NCBI RefSeq assembly: GCF_022045235.1
Contig: NW_027266300.1
Coordinates: 248,001-312,000, forward strand
DNA from: Haliotis cracherodii
Taxonomy: Eukaryota
Length of the DNA: 64,000 bases
Direction: 5' to 3'
The notes below the pieces were generated by a model that was given only the letters and a program-made list of their open reading frames with translations, ran no database searches and had not been told where the DNA came from. Both the position numbers and the translations under genes were made by a program. Within the stretch, counting starts at the first letter, position 1, and the number at the start of each line of letters is the position of its first letter. Positions 13,101-24,678 of the stretch are shown piece by piece.

Positions 13101-16100
13101 CTGTGAGATATTGCAACAATCACCAGTGACATCTTCCTTTATGAATTGGAGCAATTACTTCTCAGCTCAAGGTTTTTGCAAGATGTGTCTTGTTTACAAA
13201 TTGCTTGGTAACAGCAGAAGAATCTTGTATAGCAATTCCGTTGGTACTTGGCGACTAAATTGCCTTCTGCAAGGTTGACACTCTGATGTCTTCCCCCAGT
13301 GCAACTGTCTTGTCATGTTTGTGGTTGCTGAGTTCAAGTTTCTGGAAGGAGTATTCTGCTTCATTTGTTATGTCAACACAGAGGAGACAGAGAGTGATGA
13401 ACATCTGGACTATTACGCCTTGACCTATTTGATGCAGGAGACAGAGAGTGATGAACATCTGGACTATTACGCCTTGACCTATGTGATGCAGGAGACAGAG
13501 AGTGATAAACATCTGGACTATTACGCCTTGACCTATTTGATGCAGGAGACAGAGAGTGATGAACATCTGGACTATTACGCCTTGACCTATGTGATGCAGG
13601 AGACAGTGAGTGATGAACATCTGGACTATTACGCCTTGACCTATGTGATGCAGGAGACAGAGAGTGATAAACATCTGGACTATTACGCCTTGACCTATGT
13701 GATGCAGGAGACAGAGAGTGATAAACATCTGGACTATTACGCCTTGATCTATTTGATGCAGGAGACAGAGAGTGATAAACATCTGGACTATTACGCCTTG
13801 ACCTATGTGATGCAGGAGACAGAGAGTGATGAACATCTGGACTATTACACCTTGACCTATGTGATGCAGGAGACAGAGAGTGATGAACATCTGGACTATT
13901 ACGCCTTGACCTATGTGATGCAGGAGACAATCCTTCAGTAAATTGCTGATGTCCTGTCAAGTTGATCACATGACTTGTGCCAAGATGCATGATTCTTCTG
14001 TCTTGATTCTTCATCAGGCAGCTCTAGATCTGGGTGGGGAGCATGCACACAGTATTACTTGTAAGAGACATATATGTAAAGGGATAAATACTGATTGCGA
14101 TCATTTTCTGCATTTGCCAAACCAAAATTTTTATGATCTTTCAATTGTTTTTTCCCCACCAAAATAATATTTTAATAAGCGTCCCCTATTTCTAATTTTG
14201 AGAGAACCCCGGGCACTTATTACATCCAATATGGTACTTTCTGGAATTATCACTTTTTGTATGACATTTTATGAAAGAATCAAACCAATCACGATATATT
14301 TCATATTTTCACTTACTTGCCTTTAAAGTTAATCGTCAGAAAAGACACCAGTATCACCAATAAGGATATATACTAATATGAAAAAGTTTCAAACATGGCA
14401 GTCCCAAAATGTTCAAAAGATAATTCAAAGGATATTTCAACACTAGTTCATTCCCTACCTAATTTTAGCTTCAGATACATGTAACAATAAAAGTTATGTT
14501 GTGTAGGGCAAGTATGCCCTTTTTACAAAAACAATTGCAATTCACGTTTTCAGATGCAACTGTTTTGAAAAATGGTAAACAAAAGGACATTTCTTTATCC
14601 CAGTGCTTGACACTCGGACCAATATTGATCTTTTGGACTTCACTGTCAAGTAAAAAACACAACTTTTGCATCACTTTGAAATGACTGAGTCAGTGCGCCC
14701 ACTAATTCACCACATGACCTATAAAGGCGTATCTGAGGCTTCAGGCTTTATGGAGTTTGGGGATGTAAAAGATGTGCATGCTGTGTCATCGCAGAGTGTA
14801 AACACTGGTTTTTATCTTTATAACTCCATCAAAGCAAAAACAAATTGAAGTCAATTCTAATAAATAAATACATCAACGAATCACTAGCAATTTATTCATC
14901 AATAATCTCTGGCAGCCTGGAAAAGGATGAAGGTCTTTCATTATTCCAACATCGAGTGAGTTTTGTAATCGTTGCAGGGAGTCATGAATGACATGAGTCA
15001 GTGTGTGAGTGAGTGAGTGAGTGAGTATGGTTTTACACAGCTTTTAGCAATATTCCAGCAATATCATGACAGGGGACACCAGAAATGGGCTTGACACATT
15101 GTACCCATGTCGGGAATCGAACCAGGGCCTTCAGCAACACTTTAAACCATATAGGCTACCCCACCACCTGAGTCAGTGTGTGAGTCTTCAATAGATAATT
15201 CTTATACCTATAGTAAAAGTTCTGTAATTTCAATAGTTAATCCTTGTCATGTGACGAAACAATTAATTTCAATGCTGACCTGAACATAGAAAACCTACCT
15301 GAAAAGGTTTGAAATCATGTGACTGACAGTGGCCTCGTATACTGACTCGTCATGTGATCACTACTGACCGGTCATGTGATCACTATTGACTTTGTCTGCT
15401 ACAACACAACTTGGTGTCAGCGAATGGCAATACATAATTTGCTGACAGTTTTTAAAAAAAAAAGGTGAAATAAAGTACTTCATAAATGAATTTCGGAATA
15501 ACAAAACAATTGATTACTCTTGGTTAATAATGTGAAAACTAAACCATGGACCCAGTCCCTCAAGGATCTTGCTGCGTCCTTGTTTTTGTATAATGACCTT
15601 GCCAAGAGTAATTATTTTAATGCTATTGTCAAGTCATAAGTCATTGTGCAAGTTGGTCAATGTAGGGGTCGGTTTGGGAGTCAGCCAATAATTACCATCC
15701 TCGTCTCTTTGCCTTGCCAAGTGTCTGACTTGCTGCTCTCCGCTTCCTGCTTACATCTGCGCTGGTGACCGTAGCAACCGGCCCCGTCTTGTCCTGGTCG
15801 AGAGCTGAAGAATGAAATTTGTGAAGATTGACACAATCAGTCTGGGCCACTTACATCATTGTATACAGTGCTGCAGACAGGGAGACACGGCACTACCTTA
15901 GAACAACTTCCCAATGCACACCTGGATTGTGTTGTGAGAACTCACACCTGGATTGTTTTGTACAACAGCACCCTGGGTTCTGTTGTGTGGTTTTAAACTG
16001 CTTTTAACAGTATCCCAGTTACATAACGGTGTCGTCTTAATGTGGGAGGAAAGAGATGCAGGTCTCAGATGTTCATCACTATAGTGAAAGCCACAAGCAC

Positions 16101-18436
16101 AGGTATGGTGCTGACAAACCTAGAAACATAACTGAGGTGAACAGGGATTCAAACCCACTGTCAGAGGTTTCTGGCATGCCCACATGGCCACCTGGTGACA
16201 GTCAAATACACCTCACCTGTCACAGACTACAACTGTCTCAGATCTCACGTGTCTCAGATCTCACCTATCACACATCTCACCTGCCACACATCTCACCTGT
16301 CACACATCTCACCTGACACACATCTCACCTGACACACATCTCACCTATCACACTTAACACCTGACACACATCTCACCTGTCACACATCTCACCTGTCACA
16401 CATATCACCTATCACACATATCACCTGTCACACTTATCACCTGACACACATCTCAGCTGTCACACATCTCACTTGACACACATCTCACCTGTCTGTAATG
16501 CATCGTCCAGGTCATTAGCAACTTTGCTGCGCTGTGCCACATATTTTGGGTCGTCGAAGTTGTGCTGTGGACGCGCTCTCTTCCGTGCCAACCTCTCCTG
16601 GCGCTTCTCTTCCTTCTCTCGCTCCCGATCTGCCTGCTTGCCGAGCCAGTCCTTCAATCTGTGGGTGCGCACAAGTGGCTTACAATTATGGAGTTACATT
16701 TTGGCTGGACTAACGAGTCATGCATACTTCAATTAAATTTGCGTAACAAACTAGACATCAGGTTCATAAACAACATGGATTTCCATAAGCAAATTTTTTT
16801 TCGACCGCAGGATTTGCAAAATATGTGTACCACCTACTGGGTGTCGACAGATGCTTGGCAAATTGTTTCATATTTCTAATCAAGGTGCTCAGGTGAGACC
16901 TGTTTTATTACAACATAGATCTTAATTATCAATCAGATCATCTTGACTGGGCGCCGTCAGTTTCTTTGGAGCAAATGCAAGCGATATGAGAGATGGAATC
17001 TGATTGGTCAATAAGAGTAACATAGAAGGGACATAACTTGTAACAGCCACTGGTGGCACCATGATCGAGCCTGAACACTCCAGTCCAGTTCAGCAAGGGT
17101 GGAAACTGAACTTTTATAGTCAGTTGAAGTCCTTGCCTCCGGAAGATGAGGTATTCATTTGCAGGTGTTCATACAGATGATATGTGAATGTTTATTCTTC
17201 TCTGCCTTGACTTTGTGGTTCAAGTCAGATGGACACTCGAGCCTGCGCAACATACACCTGGCCACTGCATGGTCATGGCGTTACTTTTACAGTTACTCAA
17301 GTGGATATGTGTGTGTATGTAGTAGAGGGCTGGGAAGGGGGATGGGGGTTCGGGGGGGTTTCCAAAGGTTCCAGCAGCTGAGTACATACTTCTTCTCATT
17401 GTTGACATCTCTCATCCGACGCCCACTCAGATCCCTACACGCTTCTCTGCTCGTTGTCTTTTCAATCTGAGCTCCGATTGCTCGCAGCATAGACCCAAAA
17501 CCTGGAACATACAACTGTCATTACTAAAAGATGTATCATTGATCTGGGAGGGAGAAATAATGCAATACCATGACATTGCCAGTTAACATGTATCTCATAA
17601 GAGCGTGATACACACACATCTGCAAAAATAATCAGGTTTATAACAAAACCAGGCAAAGGTTTCTTTAGCATGAAATGAAATGTGATTCAATACATTTTGT
17701 GTATAAAATGACAATAATGGCATTGCCAGTGAAAGAAAACATATGGTTCCTGATGTATATTTACTTATCACTGAGGATCAATCAGAAACTCCATAGTGCA
17801 AGGGTCCTAAATCTAGCCTTTGTATACACTTCAGTAGCCATGTCACAGTTACCTCCCTTCCCTGCCAGCAGTCGCGGGACACAGTGATAAACTTGGCCTT
17901 CAGCCACATCCTCCTGATCCTGCGAGATGCTACCGTTACATGTCACATAGAAACCCGTCTCTTGAAATAACTGCAACATCACAGAAAACACTCATGTTCA
18001 GTAATCATGAAGGCAAAACAAAGATTCAGAGGTCATACTTCTAGATCAATCTGAATGAGAGCAAGTAATTTTGTATTGATTATTTGTGTGTACTTTAATC
18101 ATAAGTAGTTTATTTCACATAAAGTAGATAGTGTAACTAGAAATCAATAGTACTCTGCATCCTATGTAAATGGTAAGTTATTGTTTTTCACTTATCTCCA
18201 TGTTTTGGGTTTTTAGTTGCTTAAGAAATATTCATAGTTTTCTCTCTAATCTCGAGAACAACTGTAAAACATCCCTAAATGCCTGACATGCTACTTGCAA
18301 CACCAAACACGAGGCACATTACGCCTCTACAATGACATCCCAACAATGCATTCATAACGCTCCTTCTGGTCGCCATCTTTACTCGGAATGTACCCTCGTT
18401 ACACTTTGATATACGTAAATGTACTGAGTGTTGCAT
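10149..18436 (-). CDS. SDE2: Replication stress response regulator / splicing factor SDE2; exons 18436-18323, 17970-17853, 17501-17390, 16658-16489, 15804-15696, 11255-10916, 10358-10149
   Basis: Hallmark motif [46 protein letters not shown], a coiled-coil/HNFDDPKY segment, an acidic linker and a C-terminal SAP domain ([36 protein letters not shown]). All junctions are GT-AG and phase-compatible. Exon 1 start and exon 6 donor (alternative near 10988) are less certain. AATAAA on the - strand near 9275-9280. Confidence 0.93.
11419..11959. mobile_element. MITE (pogo/Tigger-like) in SDE2 intron 5
   Basis: TA-CAGTCGTGCATCGTTTATACGGA ... TCCGTATAATCGGGGCATGACTG-TA inverted ends with TA duplication. 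Confidence 0.85.
12000..14030 (-). mobile_element. decayed large DNA-transposon ORF, possibly Academ-like
   Basis: Frameshifted fragments such as [29 protein letters not shown] and [12 protein letters not shown]...LDNWN resemble motifs I recall from large invertebrate transposases. The family call is from memory, not a search; boundaries are approximate. Confidence 0.4.
13377..13929 (+). repeat. 60-bp minisatellite (~9 copies) inside the decayed transposon ORF
   Basis: Unit GAGACAGAGAGTGATGAACATCTGGACTATTACGCCTTGACCTATGTGATGCAG (approximate); explains three overlapping repetitive ORFs. Confidence 0.95.
15006..15167 (-). mobile_element. SINE family A copy
   Basis: Reverse complement of the 46604-46770 element with a (GAGT)n tail. 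Confidence 0.85.
16209..16492 (-). repeat. 16-bp minisatellite containing the SDE2 exon 4 donor
   Basis: - strand unit ACAG|GTGAGATGTGTG; the first copy is the real donor at 16489/16488. Confidence 0.9.
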
Positions 18437-19031
18437 GTTCACAACACTATGTAACCTGGTTCATCGCTATTAGCTGCTATTCCGCAATTTCATGGCTAAA
18501 ATGATTGAGCCAGTACAAAGACTTTTCCCAATAAACGCTGAATTGATGAGGATAAGTCACAGTTCATGGGATACTATCATACGACTATCCTCATAAAACC
18601 GATATTGTGATATATGTTATGACATGTTATTTTCATACAAAGTAGTTTTTGAAAACATTTGAAATCACAGCTACACAAGCCACGAAAGACAGGAATCATA
18701 CATCTTTGCTGGAGAAAATAAGATAAGGTACCTTTGAAAGTAACACATCTTTCACGTCAGATATCTTGTGCAAATGAGAAGAGATCACAAAAGTTTGTCG
18801 TGGAAAGGAATGAATAACTAAGAGTGGCGAAGACATTGTGATGTCGCAGTTGACTTCGACGAGTCGCCTTCTGATCGTCGCAGTAATAAACCGGAAGGAA
18901 GATAAACACAAGTAGAGCCTCGATGTGGAGATGGTAACGTAAGACACGAGTCAATCACTTCCGCTCAAAGTGAGAAGAGCGCGGGGTTCAAAAATGTGAA
19001 CGACATTACACAGATTTTGCTCTTTCTTACG
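18437..19031. promoter_or_regulatory. probable bidirectional promoter region between SDE2 (-) and the ADAM gene (+)
   Basis: Divergent start codons about 600 bp apart; locally CpG-rich. Inferred from arrangement only. Confidence 0.5.
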
Positions 19032-21578
19032 ATGGCGGTTCTTCCGATCTTTTTATTCTTTAACTATGTGATTTGTCTGATTACCTGCACGACCCCGGAC
19101 AAGGAACAGACAAGCAACTCGTGTTTCACTGCAAGAGCGTCTGTAAACATTATGGAACATCGAAAGAAAGCGTTTGATGAGTACCAAGAAGTGGGGAAAG
19201 TGTTGATCAGTGTCATTCCTACAAAATTTGAGGATAGCCACACTTATGTGAGGAAACTATATTTCAGGAGTTTTGGCGAGACGTTTCATCTTATTCTAAG
19301 GAGATATTCAATATTTCACAAAGACATGCAGTTGCTGGCGGGTAGCGAGCAACTAATAGAAGTAAATGCCATGAAGAATGATTACTTGCCGATAATATAT
19401 GTAGGCCTATCTTCACATGCTGACACTTCCCCAGCATATATATCACTTGGAAAACTTGTTGGCAAGGAATTTGAAGTATTCATTCACACAGGAAATATGT
19501 CTTACTCTCTCGAGTGTTATCTTAAAGACAATGACAATATCTTGTATTCTACATATGGATTTATGCAACATACTATGGATAAATGTCGTGTTTATCGATG
19601 GCACAACTCCAAAATGTCCAAGGTTATGAGAGGAATTGACAGTTGTGACTTGAAATCAAGAAAGTTTAAAGATTTTAGGTACAAGACTATGCCAGAAAAC
19701 ACAGAGTATGCCCCTCAAAAGGGTCTGCATGGCGGACAGCCTGAAAGAAGTTCAACACGTCCAACAGGAAACTGTGTAATTAAGCTTGTGGCGGATCACT
19801 TGTACTTCAAACATGTTGGGAAAGGTGACGTCAGAAAAACCATTGCAGAAATGGCTGTGAGTTTGGCTGAGGCTGACATGATATTTCGGCAGACTGACTT
19901 TGATGGTGATGGAGCTGGGGACAATATAGGCTTCAAAGTAGGACATATCACTATTTACAAAGAATACCAGGAGTACAGTTTGAAGGATGAAAATATGGAT
20001 GTGTACACCTACCTGGACAGATTCTCTCAATATGACTTCAGTAATTATTGTTTAGGAGTGGCGTATACTTACAGAGACTTTGAGGATAATATTGTAGGAC
20101 TTGCATGGATTGGTAGTTCCAATGCAAATGCAGCTGCAGGTGGAATATGCCAAAGGAGAATTTGGTATCGACCTGACAATAAATACTATAGCTTTAACAC
20201 AGCACTGGTCACACAGCTTAATCATGGCAATATGATTTCGTCCTACTCAACAGGTTTGATCCTTGCTCATGAATTTGGACATAGTTTTGGCAGCAGCCAT
20301 GATCCTAAAGGAAATTCATCTTGTTCCCCTGGTGGTCATTTTGGCAACTACTTAATGCACCCCTACACAAGTGATGGTAATCTGGCCAACCATCGACGCT
20401 TGTCTTTCTGCAGCATCAACAGCATTTACCCTGTGCTGGTGAAGAAGAGCGTGGGTTGTTTCAAGGTCGATTTGGGTCCAGTTTGTGGCAACTCCCTTGT
20501 AGAGGACTCGGAGGAGTGTGACTGTGGAGTGTCGGATGATGTTTGTCAGGACATTGATCCATGCTGTACTCCCCAGAACCCTTCCATCTTATCTGACACC
20601 CCCTGCAGAGTGCGGAACTCCTTGGGCTATCAGTGTTCCCCCAAGGTCTCCCCCTGCTGCACCGCAAGCTGCAAGTATGTCAGTTCCCAGGGTAGCACTG
20701 TGTGTCAACATGCCACAGAGTGTCAACTGGCCGCCACTTGTCAGCCTGGAAATGGTACCTGCCCGTCCCCGACACATCACCCCGATGGAACGCTGTGCGA
20801 CGCAGGTCGGAGGCTGTGCAGGGGAGGGAGATGCCAGGACAGCGTGTGTGTGTCTCTCGGTCTCCGGGAATGTCAATGTTCCAGAACATTGCGAGATGCA
20901 TGCTTCGTCTGCTGCATCGCAACCAACATCAGCAACTGCGACTGCGCCCCCATCAGCACCTATCAGAGTGACAAAACTCACCTGATTCGGCATAAAGGTG
21001 ATCCGTGTTTTAATTATGAAGGATTCTGTGATGAAGCTGGTCAGTGCATTCTGAGTAGTAGGAGTATCTATGATGACTTGAATAAACTGTTTGGTGAGGA
21101 AACTGTAGTAAATGTTGGCATCTGGTTCCGTAAATATTGGTATTACATAATCTTGGGCATTCTCTTAGCTACAGCTCTTGCAGTCACTGTATCACTGTTT
21201 TTCAAACAGAAACCAGATGAACACACCGAGGCAATGAGAATTGGCAAACTAGCAGCTGCACTGGCTCATGTAGAGCAAATGAAAACCATGTTCGAAGAAA
21301 AGCTGGAGGACTGTGAAGAAGTATTTGAGAGTGTATCTAGTCAGTTGCCATGGCAGCAGATGTCTCTGACGGAGGCTGTTGCCAGGCTGACGGTATTATT
21401 CCCTACAGCCCCACTCTCCCTACTCATCAAGACAGCCAAGTCCAGCTCCTCAGAAGATTTTGCTGTCAAAATGTTGCTTGTGAGGAATTTCCCTGTGCAA
21501 AGGTTTAGTGTAACTTGGCCTTCAGAGGAGGCCAAATCTCTCACATTGATCAGGTCAAAACATGCAGTGTCTGCCTGA
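19032..21578 (+). CDS. ADAM10/ADAM17-like disintegrin and metalloprotease, single coding exon (~848 aa)
   Basis: Signal-like N-terminus, prodomain, reprolysin domain (CVIKLVADHLYF, YRDFEDNIVGLAW, zinc site HEFGHSFGSSHD at 20268-20303, Met-turn NYLMHP), disintegrin (VCGNSLVEDSEECDCG), Cys-rich region, TM helix (YWYYIILGILLATALAVTVSLFF) and cytoplasmic tail. First ATG is 19032; the ORF track starts at a GTG. Confidence 0.92.
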   Translation: MAVLPIFLFFNYVICLITCTTPDKEQTSNSCFTARASVNIMEHRKKAFDEYQEVGKVLISVIPTKFEDSHTYVRKLYFRSFGETFHLILRRYSIFHKDMQLLAGSEQLIEVNAMKNDYLPIIYVGLSSHADTSPAYISLGKLVGKEFEVFIHTGNMSYSLECYLKDNDNILYSTYGFMQHTMDKCRVYRWHNSKMSKVMRGIDSCDLKSRKFKDFRYKTMPENTEYAPQKGLHGGQPERSSTRPTGNCVIKLVADHLYFKHVGKGDVRKTIAEMAVSLAEADMIFRQTDFDGDGAGDNIGFKVGHITIYKEYQEYSLKDENMDVYTYLDRFSQYDFSNYCLGVAYTYRDFEDNIVGLAWIGSSNANAAAGGICQRRIWYRPDNKYYSFNTALVTQLNHGNMISSYSTGLILAHEFGHSFGSSHDPKGNSSCSPGGHFGNYLMHPYTSDGNLANHRRLSFCSINSIYPVLVKKSVGCFKVDLGPVCGNSLVEDSEECDCGVSDDVCQDIDPCCTPQNPSILSDTPCRVRNSLGYQCSPKVSPCCTASCKYVSSQGSTVCQHATECQLAATCQPGNGTCPSPTHHPDGTLCDAGRRLCRGGRCQDSVCVSLGLRECQCSRTLRDACFVCCIATNISNCDCAPISTYQSDKTHLIRHKGDPCFNYEGFCDEAGQCILSSRSIYDDLNKLFGEETVVNVGIWFRKYWYYIILGILLATALAVTVSLFFKQKPDEHTEAMRIGKLAAALAHVEQMKTMFEEKLEDCEEVFESVSSQLPWQQMSLTEAVARLTVLFPTAPLSLLIKTAKSSSSEDFAVKMLLVRNFPVQRFSVTWPSEEAKSLTLIRSKHAVSA

Positions 21579-22071
21579 ACGATTACCTTCTTAAAAGCAA
21601 AACAACACTGTAGTTATCAGGGGTTTCCGAGTAACAATTCAGATTTGGGGCCTGGAGGAGGAAGCAGTGTAAGGAGGGCCCTGATCCAGCATTCTTGGTG
21701 CTACATCAGGGACGTAATGCGAAGATGACTTTGTGCAAGGTCACTCATGAAGACATTACACACTGGAATGGCAAAAATGTGTATAATTTCTGCAGAGCAT
21801 TGGATGGATAAACGCTTGGTTCAGATGATGAGTTAAATGGAATATTGGCATGAATGTGGTTTGTTCCTGTGCTAGCCATGGCTGTGTCTTAGTTTAGAAA
21901 TTTGTTTGGTATTGTGTTGTTTGTTATGTAAATCATAAACTAAATGTCTCAACTCCTTGTATCAGGAATGTCAGTGACATGGTCAAGTCCCCAGTCCCAA
22001 AAGCGCAAGGCTAGACTTCAGTATCCTGGATACATGCTGCCATTTTGATGAGGGATGGGTGCAAGCTCCTG

Positions 22072-22926
22072 GGTTAGGATGACAGTTGAGCCTAGTGATT
22101 CAGTGCGTGACAATCTGCCTCGTTCCATCAAGCCTTCCCTCCCTTCTGATGAGGGATGGGTGCCAGCTCCTGCCTTAGTAGAGTTTTTTTTAAAGTTGGT
22201 CAGCTGACACTTTTAGCCGTTCCACTTAACTGATGCGGGACTTGCCCCCAAAACAAGTCCACGTAATAAAAGCTTTCAAAAGTATTAAAATGTTATTTTG
22301 AGTTAACAAAGTTACTGAATATGTTTGTTGAAATGTGACTGATGCATGTTACTATTATAGAAATCATATTCTTTCATGTTGTCTTTTGTTTTGTTTATGA
22401 GGACCTGAGAAGATTCAGGGCAGAATAGGGAAGGGAGAGTGAACAGGGTGGGAAGGGAGAGTGATTGTTGGGGGGAGTGTGAGGGTGTAGATTGTGATGA
22501 GGATGAGGGCTGATGAGGATAAGGGTGTGGTTGAGGTGTCATGGTAGTGATGGGGGAATATGGTGAGTGGTTAGGATGACAGTTGAGCCTAGTGATTCAG
22601 TGCGTGACAATCTGCCTCGTTCCATCAAGCCTTCCCTCCCTTCTGATGAGGGATGGGTGCAAGCTCCTGTCTTAGTAGAGTTTTTTTTAAAGTTGGTCAG
22701 CTGACACTTTTAGCCGTTCCACTTAATTGATGTGGGACTTGCCCCCAAAACAAGTCCACGTAATAAAAGCTTTCAAAAGTATGAAAATGTTATTTTGAGT
22801 TAACAAAGTTACTGAATATATTTGTTGAAATATGACTGATGCATGTTACTATTATAGAAATCATATTCTTTCATGTTGTCTTTTGTTTTGTTTATGAGGA
22901 CCTGAGAAGATTCAGGGCAGAATAGG
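22072..22926 (+). repeat. local direct duplication (22072-22429 = 22569-22926) incorporating copies of the kelch gene stop/3' UTR
   Basis: About 358-bp near-identical blocks offset by 497 bp; 22483-22645 matches 24537-24699. Confidence 0.9.
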
Positions 22927-23158
22927 TCATCAGCAACCCAGGCTTGCTGTAAAAGGTGACTATGCTTGTCGTAAGAGGCGACTCACAGGATCGTGTGGTC
23001 ATGCTCGTTGACATGGTTGATGCATGTCATTGTATCCATTTGCATGGATCGATGCTCATGAAATCAATCACTGGACTGTCTGGTCCAGACTTGATTATTT
23101 ACAGACCGCCTCCATATAGTTGGATTATTGCTGAGTGCGGCATTAAACAACAAACAAC
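22898..23158 (+). mobile_element. SINE-like family B copy
   Basis: GAAGATTCAGGGCAGAATAGGTCATCAGCAACCC ... CTTGTCGTAAGAGGCGAC ... TCTGGTCCAGAC ... (CAAA)n. Confidence 0.85.
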
Positions 23159-23219
23159 ATTGAGACTGTCAGAATTAGTTGACTTGCATTTAGATACCAT
23201 GGTTTGTTGTTTGATTTCT

Positions 23220-23605
23220 CACACTGAGACACCATGCCAGTGGACACCACACTGAGACACCATGTCAGTGGACACCACACTGAGACACCATGTCAGTGGA
23301 CACCAAACCGAGACACCATGCCAGTGGACACCACACTGAGACACCATGCCAGTGGACACCACACTGAGACACCATGTCAGTGGACACCACATTGAGACAC
23401 CATGCCAGTGGACACCACACTGAGACACCATGTCAGTGGACACCACATTGAGACACCATGTCAGTGGACACCACACTGAGACACCATGTCAGTGGACACC
23501 ACATTGAGACACCATGTCAGTGGACACCACACTGAGACACCATGTCAGTGGACACCACTTTGAGACACCATGTCAGTGGACACCACACTGAGACACCATG
23601 TCAGT
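23220..23605 (+). repeat. 28-bp minisatellite (~14 copies)
   Basis: Unit CACTGAGACACCATGTCAGTGGACACCA. Confidence 0.95.
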
Positions 23606-23957
23606 ACTTGGAACAGTCTGAATGTGGGATTAATGTGTCAGAGACTTCCATGTCTTTCCAATCAATGCAAATTATGAAATGTACTTTGAGAAAAAAAGTC
23701 TAAGGCACTAAAAGTTTTATTTATCATAAAAGGACAATCAAATGATTTAAAAATACATTTCCGTGAATGGCCAAGGTGAAGATGTAGTATTTACACATGG
23801 AGCAAATCAACGAGCAAAACCACTAAAAATACAAATAAACAGTAAAATTATGGATATTACATATATCATCCATGTTTTTAGATTACATACCCAGATCTCT
23901 GTGACCATTACACAGTCAGACAACCTAAAATCATGGACAATAAAACTGTTGGACTAA

Positions 23958-23988
<31 letters not shown>

Positions 23989-24678
23989 TAATTATGAGTG
24001 CCTACATATAAACAGGGTAAATAGCACTGTCCAGAAGGGAGGCCTGTGCACGGGTAACAACTGCAGGACAATAGCCGCTTAAAATCAAATGCACTTGACT
24101 TTAATATCATATGAACTCTGAATTATTTACAGGAATATTCAGCAAGCACATGCATCATGGTTGTAAAACACTGTCTGATTCTGCTGTTGATAAACGTGAA
24201 TTAATTTTTCATATATCAATAATCAGTAGCAGATCTGTATACTGAGTAAGATTCATAATGTACAAATAAAACACAATTCATTCATATTCATTCAAGCATC
24301 ATCAATAAAAGAATGAGTAACACACCATTAAGTGTATAATTGTGTTGGATCTATCTCCATTCAAGCTGGCCGAAAGATCCGTGCTGCCTTGTCACCGTGA
24401 CACACTGCAAGATGGGGGGAAGAGAGAGAATACTCTCCTGCCATGGGGGGGGGGGGGGGGGGGAAGTACCTTGTGACTGGGTGGAGGGGGTTGGGGAAGG
24501 GAGAGGGATTCTTGGGGGGGGGGGGGGGTAGTGTGTGGGTGTAGATTGTGATGAGGATGAGGGCTGATGAGGATAAGGGTGTGGTTGAGGTGTCATGGTA
24601 GTGATGGGGGAATATGGTGAGTGGTTAGGATGACAGTTGAGCCTAGTGATTTAGTGTGTGACAATCTGCCTCGTTCCA

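Noticed and set aside
13255-14014. Three ~210-aa repetitive ORFs
   Set aside because: Products of a tandem repeat whose unit length is a multiple of three; no independent coding evidence.
18996-19031. GTG start of the ADAM ORF
   Set aside because: The ATG at 19032 precedes the hydrophobic signal-like segment and is the more plausible eukaryotic start.
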